Assembly (NCBI GenBank): GCA_963743915.1
Contig: CAVURN010000002.1
Coordinates: 96,001-160,000 of the forward strand
Length of the DNA: 64,000 nt
Direction of reading: 5' to 3'
Origin: an uncultured Actinomycetota bacterium
GTDB lineage: Bacteria; Actinomycetota; Actinomycetes; JAHEKZ01
Numbering within the stretch: position 1 is the stretch's first letter; each line of letters starts with the position of its first letter. The notes beneath the pieces were generated by a model. It was not told where the DNA came from. It did not search any database and saw only the letters and a program-made list of their open reading frames with translations. The position numbers and the translations under genes are program-made. Below are positions 12,276-22,326 of this stretch, piece after piece.

Positions 12276-13944
12276 GTGGAGACCACGAACTTCAGCGGCC
12301 CACCGCAGGGCGACGACGACGCGTCGGACGCCGGACGCGGCGAGGACCTCAACTTCTTCGCGCCGGCACCCGCGCCGACCACCGTCGCCGAACCGGCGGC
12401 TGAGCCTGCGCCTGAGCCCGAGTACCGCGCGGAGGCGGAGGCACCCGTCGAGTTCCAGCCCGAGCCGGTCTCCGAGCAGTCCGCCGAGCCTGCTCCGACC
12501 TTCGACCCCGGCGCTCTGGACGCCCCGAGTCTGCTCGCGCCGGAGGAGGTCGTGCCTGACGCCGGGTCCGGTCTGCCGATGTCGTTGGCGATCGCCGCAG
12601 AAGAGGCCGCCACGGTCGACGTCGAGAGCGCACCCGAACCCGCCGTCCTTCGACTACCAGGCCTTCATGGACCAGCCGGCCGATGCCGAGGCGGCTCCTG
12701 ACCCCGTCGAGACGGTGTCCGAAGCCGCACCGGTGGAGGAGGCAGCCGTCGACTACTCCGACCCGCAGCCGGCCCCCGTGGACTACGCGACCCCCGAGAC
12801 GATGGTCGAGCTCGCCGACTCAGAGGCCGAGGAGGCCGCGTACTCGCGCGTGACCACCGAGCCCACGCTGGGCGGCGAGGACATCGTCCTGGTCGACCTG
12901 CTGCTGCACATGCTGGAGATGGGCGCCTCCGACCTGCACATCACAGCGGGAGCACGCCCGGCGATCCGCGTCAACGGCGAGCTCTTCCAGATGGACGACT
13001 TCCCCGTCCTGACACCGCCGGTCATCCAGCGGGTCATGTACGCGGCGATCACGCAGCGCCAGCGGGAGATCTTCGAGGAGCAGCTCGAGCTCGACTTCGC
13101 CTACTCGGTCCCGGGGCGTGCGCGGTTCCGCGTCAACATGTACCGGCAGCGGGACTCGGTGGGTGCCGCTTTCCGCATCATCCCCTTCGAGATCAAGAAG
13201 CTCGAAGACCTGGGTGTCCCGCAGACGGTCGCCAACTTCGCCGCCCTGCCGCGTGGGTTCGTCCTCGTCACCGGTCCGACCGGTTCGGGCAAGTCCACCA
13301 CCCTGGCGTCGCTGCTCGACCTCGCGAACCGCACGCGCAAAGAGCACATCATGACGTGTGAGGACCCGATCGAGTTCCTCCACCGCCACCAGCAGTGCCT
13401 CGTGAACCAGCGTGAGGTGGGGGAGGACACCCACTCGTTCCAGAACGCGCTGAAGCACGTGCTGCGGCAGGACCCCGACATCATCCTGGTCGGTGAGATG
13501 CGTGACCTCGAGACCATCGGGGTCGCGCTGACCGCTGCAGAGACCGGTCACCTCGTCTACGCCACCCTGCACACGCAGGACGCGGCACAGACCATCGACC
13601 GTGTCATCGACGTCTTTCCTCCGCACCAGCAGCAGCAGGTTCGCGCGCAGCTCGCGCAGGCGATCCAGGGCGTGGTCTGCCAGACCCTGGCCCGGACGGC
13701 GGACGGCAAGGGCCGCGTGGTCGCCTGTGAGGTCATGGTGGCCACCCCGGCCATCCGGAACCTGATCCGTGAGGGAAAGACGCACCAGATCTACTCGGCC
13801 ATGCAGGCCGGCGCCAAGCACGGGATGCAGACCATGGACCAGCACCTGGCTGACCTGGTGAACAAGGGCCGGATCACGCACGAGACCGGCATCGAGAAGT
13901 GCCACCACATCGAAGACTTCAACCGGCTCACCGGCCGCGCCTGA
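12276..13944 (+). CDS. pilT: Type IV pilus retraction ATPase PilT with long acidic N-terminal extension; frameshift near 12630
   Basis: ASDLH, RFRVN, GPTGSGKST, EDPIE, GEMRD, AIRNLIRE; RBS AAGGAGG before GTG 12276. Confidence 0.93.
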
Positions 13945-13958
13945 CGGGAGCGTCACAC

Positions 13959-15179
13959 ATGGGAACCTCGACCTTCCAGTACCAGGTCCGCGACAAGACC
14001 GGGAAGATCGTCTCCGGCACGATCGAGGCGGAGTCACAGGCCGCGGTCGCGCAGAAGCTGACCAGCATGGGCTACGCCACGGTCAGCATCTCGCAGGCCA
14101 GTGCCGGCATGAAGACCGAGCTGAAGATCCCCGGCTTCGGCGGCAAGGTCAAGCTGAAGGACCTCGCGGTGATGTCGCGGCAGTTCGCCACGATGATCAA
14201 CTCAGGTCTCTCCCTGCTCCGCGCCCTGAACATCCTGGCCGAGCAGACGCCGAACAAGAAGCTCGCCGAGGTCCTGGCCGCCGTGCGCAACGACGTCGAG
14301 ACCGGCAACCCGCTGTCGGGGGCGATGGCGCAGCACCCGGACATCTTCCCGCCCCTGATGGTCAACATGATCCGGGCCGGAGAGGTCGGCGGCTTCCTCG
14401 ACGGCGTCCTGCTGCAGATCGCCGCCAACTACGAGGCCGAGGTCAGGCTCAAGGGCAAGATCAAGAGCGCGATGACCTACCCGGTCGTCGTCTTCGTCAT
14501 GGCCATCCTGGCCGCCATCGGGATGCTCATCTTCATCGTCCCGACCTTCGCCAAGATGTTCGAGGGACTCGGCGCCGAGCTTCCGGTGCCGACGCAGATC
14601 CTGGTCAACCTGAGCAACTTCATGAAGCAGGCGGCGCCGGTCCTGGTCGTGGCCTTCATCGGCCTGGTGTTCGCCTGGCGGAAGGTCAAGCGCACCGAGC
14701 GCGTCCGCAACATCGTGGATCCGCTCAAGCTCAAGCTCCCGGTGTTCGGCACGCTCTTCCAGAAGATCGCGCTGAGCCGGTTCACCCGCAACTTCGGCAC
14801 CATGCTGCACGCCGGTGTGCCGATCCTGCAGGCCCTCGACATCGTGGCCGACACCTCCGGCAACGTGGTCGTCGCCCGAGCCGTGCGCGACGTCCAGGAG
14901 AGCGTGCGCAGCGGTGAGTCGCTGACCGGGCCGCTGAGCCAGCACGCGGTCTTCCCGCCGATGGTGGTGCAGATGATGGCCGTCGGTGAGGACACCGGTG
15001 CGCTCGACGACATGCTGCACAAGATCTCGGAGTTCTACGACCAGGACGTCGAGGCGACGACCGAGTCGCTCACGTCGCTGATCGAGCCGCTGATGATCGC
15101 CTTCCTCGGCGGCATGGTGGGAAGCATGATCATCGCCCTGTACATGCCCATCTTCAAGGTGTTCGACCTCATCCAGTAG
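13959..15179 (+). CDS. pilC: Type IV pilus platform protein PilC (T2SSF family)
   Basis: RQFATMINSG, AGEVGG, KSAMTYP, VGEDTG, IEPL, LYMPIF. Confidence 0.95.
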   Translation: MGTSTFQYQVRDKTGKIVSGTIEAESQAAVAQKLTSMGYATVSISQASAGMKTELKIPGFGGKVKLKDLAVMSRQFATMINSGLSLLRALNILAEQTPNKKLAEVLAAVRNDVETGNPLSGAMAQHPDIFPPLMVNMIRAGEVGGFLDGVLLQIAANYEAEVRLKGKIKSAMTYPVVVFVMAILAAIGMLIFIVPTFAKMFEGLGAELPVPTQILVNLSNFMKQAAPVLVVAFIGLVFAWRKVKRTERVRNIVDPLKLKLPVFGTLFQKIALSRFTRNFGTMLHAGVPILQALDIVADTSGNVVVARAVRDVQESVRSGESLTGPLSQHAVFPPMVVQMMAVGEDTGALDDMLHKISEFYDQDVEATTESLTSLIEPLMIAFLGGMVGSMIIALYMPIFKVFDLIQ

Positions 15180-15202
15180 GTCGAAATCCACCCGGTCCAG
15201 TC

Positions 15203-15229
15203 CTAAAGACGGTGTCCGCGTGGGTCGAA
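15203..15229 (+). promoter_or_regulatory. FliA/WhiG-type promoter 4, upstream of riboswitch and major pilin
   Basis: CTAAAG(15203)...GTCGAA(15224), i.e. TAAA-N16-GTCGAA. Confidence 0.72.
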
Positions 15230-15251
15230 GTAGTACCCGTACAGAGCCAAC

Positions 15252-15342
15252 CGGCCAGAAAAGGCACACCTGCCGCAAGGCAGGGTCGCAAAGCCAGGGG
15301 ACCCTCCCAGCATTACCGGGGTCAGCCCAGCTGCCTCGGCTG
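15252..15342 (+). ncRNA. c-di-GMP-I (GEMM) riboswitch
   Basis: GGCACACC-TGCC-GCAA-GGCA-GGG-TCGCAAAGCC...GTCAGCCCAGCTGCC; GNRA-capped P2 and P1 pairing cggcc/ggctg match the GEMM-I consensus. Confidence 0.85.
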
Positions 15343-15416
15343 ATTCCTCTCTCCGGAGGGGATCACCCAAGGGCGAGCGCCGCACGGCTCACCGAACAGT
15401 GGGAAAGGGAACACAG

Positions 15417-15821
15417 ATGCTCGCTCGCATCCGCAAGGCCCAGGAGGAGCACGAGGGTGGCTTCACCCTCATCGAGCTCCTGGTCGTCATCATCATCATC
15501 GGTATCCTCGCGGCCATCGCGATCCCGGTCTTCCTGAACCAGCGCCAGAAGGGCTACGACGCCGCCGCCAAGAGCGACGTCAAGAACATCGCGACGCTGC
15601 AGGAGACCTACTTCACCGACAACAACAACTACGCAGCCAGCGTTGCGGCGCTGAACGCGCCGGCTCTCGCCGGTGAAGACCTCGCCGAACACCTCGGGTC
15701 ACACCACTGCGCCTGAGCGCGACGGTGCAACTCGTTCACGGTCCAGGTCGACTCCGACTCGGGCAACAGCTTCTGCTGGGACAGCTCCGGCGTTGCCGGT
15801 GCGGGTGTCTACTCCTGCTGA
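15417..15821 (+). CDS. pilA: Major type IV pilin (frameshifted in this assembly)
   Basis: Class III signal G|FTLIELLVVIIIIGILAAIAIP; reconstructed C-terminus SFCWDSSGVAGAGVYSC* with Cys pair. Confidence 0.88.
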
Positions 15822-15857
15822 CCTGAGCACGAAGCGGTGCAAGCTGCCGCACTCACG

Positions 15858-15891
15858 ACGAGGGGCCCGTACTCCGGTACGGGCCCCTCGT
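15858..15891 (+). terminator. Intrinsic terminator hairpin after major pilin
   Basis: acgaggggcccgtac-tccg-gtacgggcccctcgt. Confidence 0.85.
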
Positions 15892-16022
15892 TCGTCGTCG
15901 AGCCTGCGCTTCGTTCACCCGATCGGGCGTACCGGGTGCACAGCGTCCGGTATCCGAAACACAGAGAGCACACATTGTCATGCGTCTCGACCGGTCGGGA
16001 CCGAGCCACCACGGAGGGGGAG

Positions 16023-16508
16023 ATGCACCGAAGACAACGAGCCGGCCCTTGCCGCCGGCCCCACCACAACTGCATCAAGTGTCGTGAGCATCCCGAGAGC
16101 GGGTTCACGTTGATCGAGCTGCTGGTCGTCATCATCATCATCGGCATCCTGGCGGCCATCGCGATCCCGGTCTTCCTGAGCCAACGGGCCAAGGCCCACG
16201 AGGGTGCGGCCAAGACCGACATCAGAACCTGGCCACGCAGCAGGAGCTCTACCTGACCGAGAACCAGACGTACGGCGCCATCGCGACCCTGAGTCGCCGA
16301 CGGGATGGACATCCGGGTCGGTCCGAGGACATCACGCTGTCGGTGGTGCGCTTCGACACCGCGAACGTCCTTCTGCCTGTCGGCGTCGCACGCCGCTCCG
16401 GGGACGACGTTCTACTACGACAGCGCGGCTGGCGGACTGCAGCCCTCGGGATCGGCCGGCTGCCCGGTGACGGTCGCCGGGGCAGCCGGTGACTCCATCA
16501 CCGGCTGA
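16023..16508 (+). CDS. Second major-type pilin (frameshifted) with Cys/His-rich leader
   Basis: G|FTLIELLVVIIIIGILAAIAIPVFL identical to pilin 1; C-terminus SFCLSASH...YYDSAAGG...GCP. Confidence 0.8.
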
Positions 16509-16519
16509 CGATGACGCAC

Positions 16520-16560
16520 GCGTGAGCCGGGGCCGACGATCCGTCGACCCCGGCTCACGC
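16520..16560 (+). terminator. Hairpin after second pilin
   Basis: gcgtgagccggggccgacg-atc-cgtcgaccccggctcacgc (one mismatch). Confidence 0.7.
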
Positions 16561-16585
16561 TCAAGACCGGTCCCTTCCTGCCGAT
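16560..16585 (+). promoter_or_regulatory. FliA/WhiG-type promoter 5, upstream of minor pilin operon
   Basis: CTCA(16560)-N16-GCCGAT(16580). Confidence 0.8.
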
Positions 16586-16620
16586 AGGCCAGTAGGGCAG
16601 CCGTACCCCCAGGAGGCATT

Positions 16621-18244
16621 GTGATCGCCAGGATCCGACGTGGTCTGCAGCACGACAGCGGGTTCTCGCTGATCGAGCTGATCGTGGCACTGAGCATCGC
16701 CATGGTGATCTTCTCGGCGATGGCCGCTGCAGCGATCGCCGGAGTCCGGGCCTCGGTGGTGGCGCGGCAGAACCAGCAGGCGGTCGACGTCCTCAACGAG
16801 GTCGTCGAGGCCGGTCGCGGTGTCGACGTACGCCAATCTGGCGATGGTGACCACCGACCTCGGCGGGGACCCCGCGATCTCCGGCGAGCCCGACACCGAA
16901 GTACACCGTGCCGAACGGCGTCGGTGCCGAGGACGTCTGGGCACAGGCGACCGGGTCGATCAGCCCGCATATCACGACCGAGACCGGGTCGAACGGCCTG
17001 GATTACACCGTGGCCCGGTACGTGACCGTGCCGGCGGGAGTGACCTCGGACACCGCCGGCCAGCCGATGCAGAAGCGCTACACGGTGGTGGCCACCTGGA
17101 CGTCGTACGGGCAGACCCACGAGCGTGTCGTCTCCACCCTGGTCACCGAGACGCAGCGTGGCCTTCCGCTGCCGCGATACTCGGTGGCCGCGACGTCACC
17201 GCAGACTCAGACCAAGAACCCGAGCACGGTACTCACCTGGGGCTTCCAGGTCATCAACCGCGGTGCGCGCGACACCTTCAACATCTCGGCCTCGACGGGT
17301 ACGTGGGACTACTACGTCGATGCCAACTGCAACGGGGGCCTCGATGCCGGTGAGACCACGGCACTCACCAACACCGACTCCGCGACGGGGAACACGGCGC
17401 CCGACACCGGCCAGATCGAGCCGAACAACTACCCGCCGTACTGCGTGCTGGCCACCCGGACCATCCCCAGCACCGAGCTCGGCACCTCTTCGGTCGTCTT
17501 CACGCTGACCTCGTCCGCACAGCCCACCGCTTCCGGGGCCGTCGTCACGACACCGATCCTTCACGGTCAACGTGACGACCGGCGCGGTCGGCGGTGGCTC
17601 GAGCAGCGGCGGCAGCACCTCGCCTGACGCCTGCGTTCCGAGTGCCAGCCTTGCCGTGCAGGGCTCGGGCACCACGCTCACCGCGTTCGGCCTGAAGAAC
17701 GGTGCGGACCACTGGCGCCACGACAACCCAGCTGGTGAACCTCTTCGACCAGGCCACCTGTGCTCCGCAGTCCCAGGACTACAACTTCTCGACCGACGTC
17801 GCTGACGGGGCCACTGTCGGCCGTGCGCTGCAGGGCGGAGGCAGTGCGACCTCCGCGGTGGCGAGGCAGATGGGGGAGTGGCGCTGGAACCCGCCGGCGG
17901 ACCGCACCTTCAACGGAACCGCCTCCGCATCGCTCACCGTCAAGTGCCTGTCCTCCACGGGCAGTGCCACGATCAACGTCGCGCTGGGCACCTTCACGCA
18001 GAAGACGTCGACGTGGGCGAGCAAGGCGACCGGCACCAAGACCGTCACGTGTGCCACCACGACCAGCTGGACGACGGTCGAGGTGCCGCTGCCCATCAGC
18101 ACCGCCTTCGTCGTCAAGAACAAGGTCACCGGTCAGCCGCAGTACCTGTCGATGCGGGTGTGGTCCGCAGCTGGCAGCGCGAACCTGCGGATGAACTACG
18201 AGTCGCCCACCAACAAGTCCTTCCTCACCGCGTCGATGGGATGA
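16621..18244 (+). CDS. Large minor pilin / putative tip adhesin (~540 aa reconstructed across several frameshifts)
   Basis: G|FSLIELIVAL signal followed by Thr/Ser-rich beta-like segments in frames 16820, 16908, 17572 and 17702. Confidence 0.7.
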
Positions 18245-18879
18245 CGATGAGCCGCTTGCATGCAGCCCGGCAGACGCTGGTTGACCGGACGTCGCCCCAG
18301 GGTCGGGTGGACGCGGGCTTCACCCTGCCCGAGATGCTCGTCTCCATGATCATCATGGGCGATCTTCGGCACCCTGGCGGTCTTCGCTTGATCTCGGTCA
18401 ACGAGACCTTCCGGGTGACCGACGACGAGGCGACGGGCCTGGCAGACACACGGACCGTGGTCGAGCGGCTGGGACGTGACATCCGGGCGGCCCGCGGCGT
18501 GGACGCAGGGGCCACCGAGAGCACTCTGGTGCTGTGGGTGGACTACAACTCGGACTACATCCGCAGCCCGAGCGCCCAGCCGGACGAGATCGTGACGTGG
18601 TCGCTGGTGAGCCAGGGTTCGGGAAGCACGCAGTACAACACGCTGCGTTCGACTGCGGGTGGTACCGCGGTGGTGCAGGCCCGCACCCTCGTCTCCGACC
18701 TCGCGTTCTGCTACCAGAGCGAGCACGACCGCGCCCTGCTTCACGACTCCGCTGTCGGTCGCGGACGCGGAGGACACCCGACTCGTCACGGTCGACCTCG
18801 ACGTACGACTCGCTGGTCGTCCTCTGGCGGGGACGAGCGAACCACGTCGTTCTCCGAGCGGATCAGGAATGTGAGCTGA
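18241..18879 (+). CDS. Minor pilin (PilW-like), with internal frameshifts
   Basis: G|FTLPEMLVSM, ERLGRDIRAA, C-terminal IRN. Confidence 0.75.
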   Translation: MTMSRLHAARQTLVDRTSPQGRVDAGFTLPEMLVSMIIMGDLRHPGGLRLISVNETFRVTDDEATGLADTRTVVERLGRDIRAARGVDAGATESTLVLWVDYNSDYIRSPSAQPDEIVTWSLVSQGSGSTQYNTLRSTAGGTAVVQARTLVSDLAFCYQSEHDRALLHDSAVGRGRGGHPTRHGRPRRTTRWSSSGGDERTTSFSERIRNVS

Positions 18880-18880
18880 C

Positions 18881-20293
18881 ATGAACCGACGAAGTGCCTG
18901 CTGCGGCGACTCCGGGCCGAGGACGAGGGCATCGGTCTCATCCTGGTCATCGGACTGAGCGCGGTCATGGCGATCCTGATCACGGTCATGACGACCGTGG
19001 CCATCCGTTCCCTGAACTCGAGCAGCGACCACGTCCGGTTCGAGCAGTCGCTGGCAGCGGCCGAGGCCGGGATCGACCGCGAGCTGGCCAACATCCAGAC
19101 CGCCCGCAACCAGGTGCCACCGGTCGCCTACACCGGTACCGCCGGGTGCGTGCCCTCGGCGGCGCCGGCCGGGACGTTCTCGTCCGAGGCGAGCGAGAAG
19201 GCATGGGCGCGCACGGCGCTCGAGGCGCTCCCGACCTCGTGCACCGAGAGCAACGGAGAGGGCGAGTTCGTGGCCTTCAAGGATCCGGCGCGCCAGGTGG
19301 TGTACTCCCTGGGCTGGTCACCGGAGCGCTCGGCGGCGAATGCCAAGAGCCGGCTGCTGAAGGCCGAGTACATCTTCGCTCCCTTCCGGCCGGGTCAGGC
19401 GATCCTCACCGGCTGGTGACCTCGACTTCTCCGGGTCGGTCGCGGTGAACGCGATCGCGGGGCTGCCGGCAGACATCCACACGAACTCCAACGTCATCGG
19501 GATCAACAACAGCGTGAGCGCGACCGGTTCCCTCACTGCGTCGGGAACCCTCTCCGGCTGCTCGAGCGGCGTCGTCGGCGGCTGCACCGCGGGTCAGCCG
19601 CAGGAGCGGGTGCCGGTGGCGAACCCGCGCGCGGTCTACCAGGACTACGCGCTGACGACCTCCGCAGTGGTTCGACCTCTGCCCCGACGGCACCGTGCGG
19701 TCACCGTCGGCCGACACCGCTGCCACCACCGACGGGCCCTGCACCGGCAGCCTGATCGCCAACAGCCCCTACAACAACTGGGTCTACACGGCGGGGAACG
19801 CCACGACACCGGGCAAGTGGGTGGTCGACAATGCAGCCACCCAGTACCCGGGTGTGTACTACGTGTACGGCGCCAACGCCCAGCTGGGAGACAACGGCAA
19901 CTCCAATGACAGCGTGACCCTCACCGTCCTCGCCGAGTCGACGACGCCCGTCGGGTTACACGAATGCCGCCACGTGCAACAAGTACGGCGGCGACATCAC
20001 CTGGAAGCTGTTCAACGTCCAGAACTACCTGCGCGGGACCCTCTTCATCGCGGAGGGCTCGTTCTACGGCAGTGCCAACTCGATCGGCGTCGGCCGGTGT
20101 CATGCTCGCCGGCGACAAGATCGACCTCAACACCTCGAGCGGTACGGTCACCGGATCCGTGATCGCCAACAACACCTGCGCGGCGGCGGGAGCGAACGAG
20201 ATCCAGGGCATGACGGTGACCTACGACCAGTCGGTCGAGGCCCCCGTCTACAGCGTGGTGAACACCACGCTGTGGCTGGAGTACGTGGGCTGA
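18881..20293 (+). CDS. PilX-like minor pilin with large C-terminal domain (frameshifted)
   Basis: DEG|IGLILVIG signal lacking Glu5, and SLAAAEAGID PilX motif. Confidence 0.72.
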
Positions 20294-20342
20294 CGGCGCG
20301 CCGTCCGGCGTGCGCACCACTGCGATGAGTTAGATCGTCTCC

Positions 20343-21127
20343 GTGGAGATCTACTTCGGGGTGCTGCTCGCCGTCGTCGGCCTGCTCATCGGGTCGTTCC
20401 TCAACGTCGTCATCGCCCGCGTGCCGGCCGGGGAATCGGTGGTCAGCCCGCGCTCCCGCTGCCCTCGCTGCGGCACCGAGATCGCTGCGCGGGACAACAT
20501 CCCGGTGGTGTCCTGGCTGCTGCTGCGCGGGCGGTGCCGCTCGTGCGCGGAACCGATCTCGGTGCGCTACCCCTTGGTCGAGCTGGGCCACGCCGCCCTG
20601 TGGCTCGTCATGCTCGCGACGATCGGGTGGACCTGGGAGCTGCCTGCCTACCTCTACCTGGCCTCGGTGGGGCTGGCTCTGGCGGTCATCGACCTGGACA
20701 CCAAGCGGCTGCCCGACCCCCTGACCCTGCCGAGCTACGTGGTGGTCGGCCTGCTGCTGCTCCTTCCTGCGGTGGCCGACGGGGACTGGTCCGCCTACCT
20801 GCGGGCGTGGCTGGCGGCCGCCGCCCTGTTCGCCTTCTACTTCCTGCTCCTGGTCGTCTACCCCGGTGGGATGGGGTTCGGGGACGTGAAGCTGGCCGGC
20901 GTGCTGGGGCTGGCCCTCGGCTGGCTCGGGTGGGGAGTGCTCCTCGTGGGCGGCTTCCTGGGCTTCTTCCTCGGTGCCGTCGTCGGCGGCGCGCCTGATG
21001 CTCGTCCGGCGGGCGGGTCGGAAGTCGAAGATCCCGTTCGGCCCCTTCATGCTGCTCGGCACCCTGATCGGCGTCGCTGTGGGGCGAGCCGCTGTGGGAC
21101 GCCTACGTCTCCGCCATGGGTCTGTAG
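20343..21127 (+). CDS. pilD: Prepilin peptidase/N-methyltransferase (frameshifts near 20990 and 21083)
   Basis: GSFLNVVIARVP, two CxxC, GGMGFGDVKL, IPFGPF. Confidence 0.93.
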
Positions 21128-21159
21128 CACTCCCGGCCGACAAGAAATGTGAGTTAGCG

Positions 21160-21186
21160 CTCAAGGGCGGGGCCCGTCGCGCCGAT
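21160..21186 (+). promoter_or_regulatory. FliA/WhiG-type promoter 6, upstream of pilM
   Basis: CTCA(21160)-N17-GCCGAT(21181). Confidence 0.8.
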
Positions 21187-21258
21187 CATCCGGCAGACAT
21201 AGTCCAAAAGGACTCACCCACCTGGCGCAATGTCGCCGTCGGTGCGAAGGGGACAGAC

Positions 21259-22326
21259 GTGGCCGCACGAACCGCCATCGGCCTGGACATCGGCACGTCC
21301 GGCGTCCGGGCAGCCGAGCTCACGTTCGGCAAGTCAGGCATCACGCTCGACAAGTTCGGTCAGGTCGCGCTCCCTGAGGGCGCGGTCCGTGACGGCGAGG
21401 TCGTCCGACCGGCCGCCGTGGCCGAGGCGATCCGCCAGCTGTGGACGCACACCAAGTTCTCCGGCAAGGACGTCGTCGTCGGCGTCGCCAACCAGAAGGT
21501 GATCGTCCGCCAGCTCGACCTGCCGTGGCAGACGATGGACGAGCTGCGCAAGACGCTCCCGTACGCGCTGCCCGACGGCACCATCCCGATGTCCGTGGAC
21601 CAGGCGATCCTCGACTTCTACCCGCTCGACGAGCTCGCCTCGGACGACGGCACGCGGATGCTCCGCGGCCTGCTCGTGGCGGCGCAGCGCGACATGGTCG
21701 AGAAGCAGCTCGAGGCCGTGCACGCCGCCGGCCTCAAGCCGGTCATGGTCGACCTCACCGCCTTCGCCGTGCTGCGGTCGCTGGCCGAGAGCGACGACCT
21801 GGGCATGGGCAGCACCATGGAGGCCCTGGTCGACGTCGGTGCCCGCGTCACCAACATCATCGTCCACGAGGGTGGCATCCCGCGGTTCGTCCGCATCCTG
21901 CTGATGGGCGGCGCCGACGTCACCGACGCCCTCGCCGAGCGCACCGGCTCGGAGAACACCGAGGCCGAGGCCATGAAGCACGAGATGGGCATGACCACGG
22001 ACACCGGGGACGCGCGCGCGCAGGCTGCGGGTCGCGTCATGGAAGCAGCCGGCCAGGCGTTCATCGACCAGGTCCGTACCTCCCTGGACTACTACACCGC
22101 GTCCCCCGGCTCGCGTCCGATCGACCGGATCGTCCTGACGGGCGGAGGGTCGCGTCTCGTCGGCCTCGCCGAGCGGCTGCAGAACTCCACGCGGATCGAG
22201 GTCCAGCGCGGCACCGCCTTCGGCGAGCTCGCGATCGGCAAGACCGGCCTCAGCCGCGAACAGATGGAATTCGTCGAGCCCCTGGCCGCCGTGCCGGTCG
22301 GCCTCGCCCTGGGAGCTGCCTCATGA
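21259..22326 (+). CDS. pilM: Type IV pilus assembly protein PilM
   Basis: IGLDIGTS, VDVGA, LTGGGS, VGLAL actin-like motifs. Confidence 0.93.
   Translation: MAARTAIGLDIGTSGVRAAELTFGKSGITLDKFGQVALPEGAVRDGEVVRPAAVAEAIRQLWTHTKFSGKDVVVGVANQKVIVRQLDLPWQTMDELRKTLPYALPDGTIPMSVDQAILDFYPLDELASDDGTRMLRGLLVAAQRDMVEKQLEAVHAAGLKPVMVDLTAFAVLRSLAESDDLGMGSTMEALVDVGARVTNIIVHEGGIPRFVRILLMGGADVTDALAERTGSENTEAEAMKHEMGMTTDTGDARAQAAGRVMEAAGQAFIDQVRTSLDYYTASPGSRPIDRIVLTGGGSRLVGLAERLQNSTRIEVQRGTAFGELAIGKTGLSREQMEFVEPLAAVPVGLALGAAS

Noticed and set aside
20974-22326. 450 aa ORF suggesting a PilD-PilM fusion
   Set aside because: Artefact of pilD frameshifts; pilM has its own promoter and RBS before GTG 21259.
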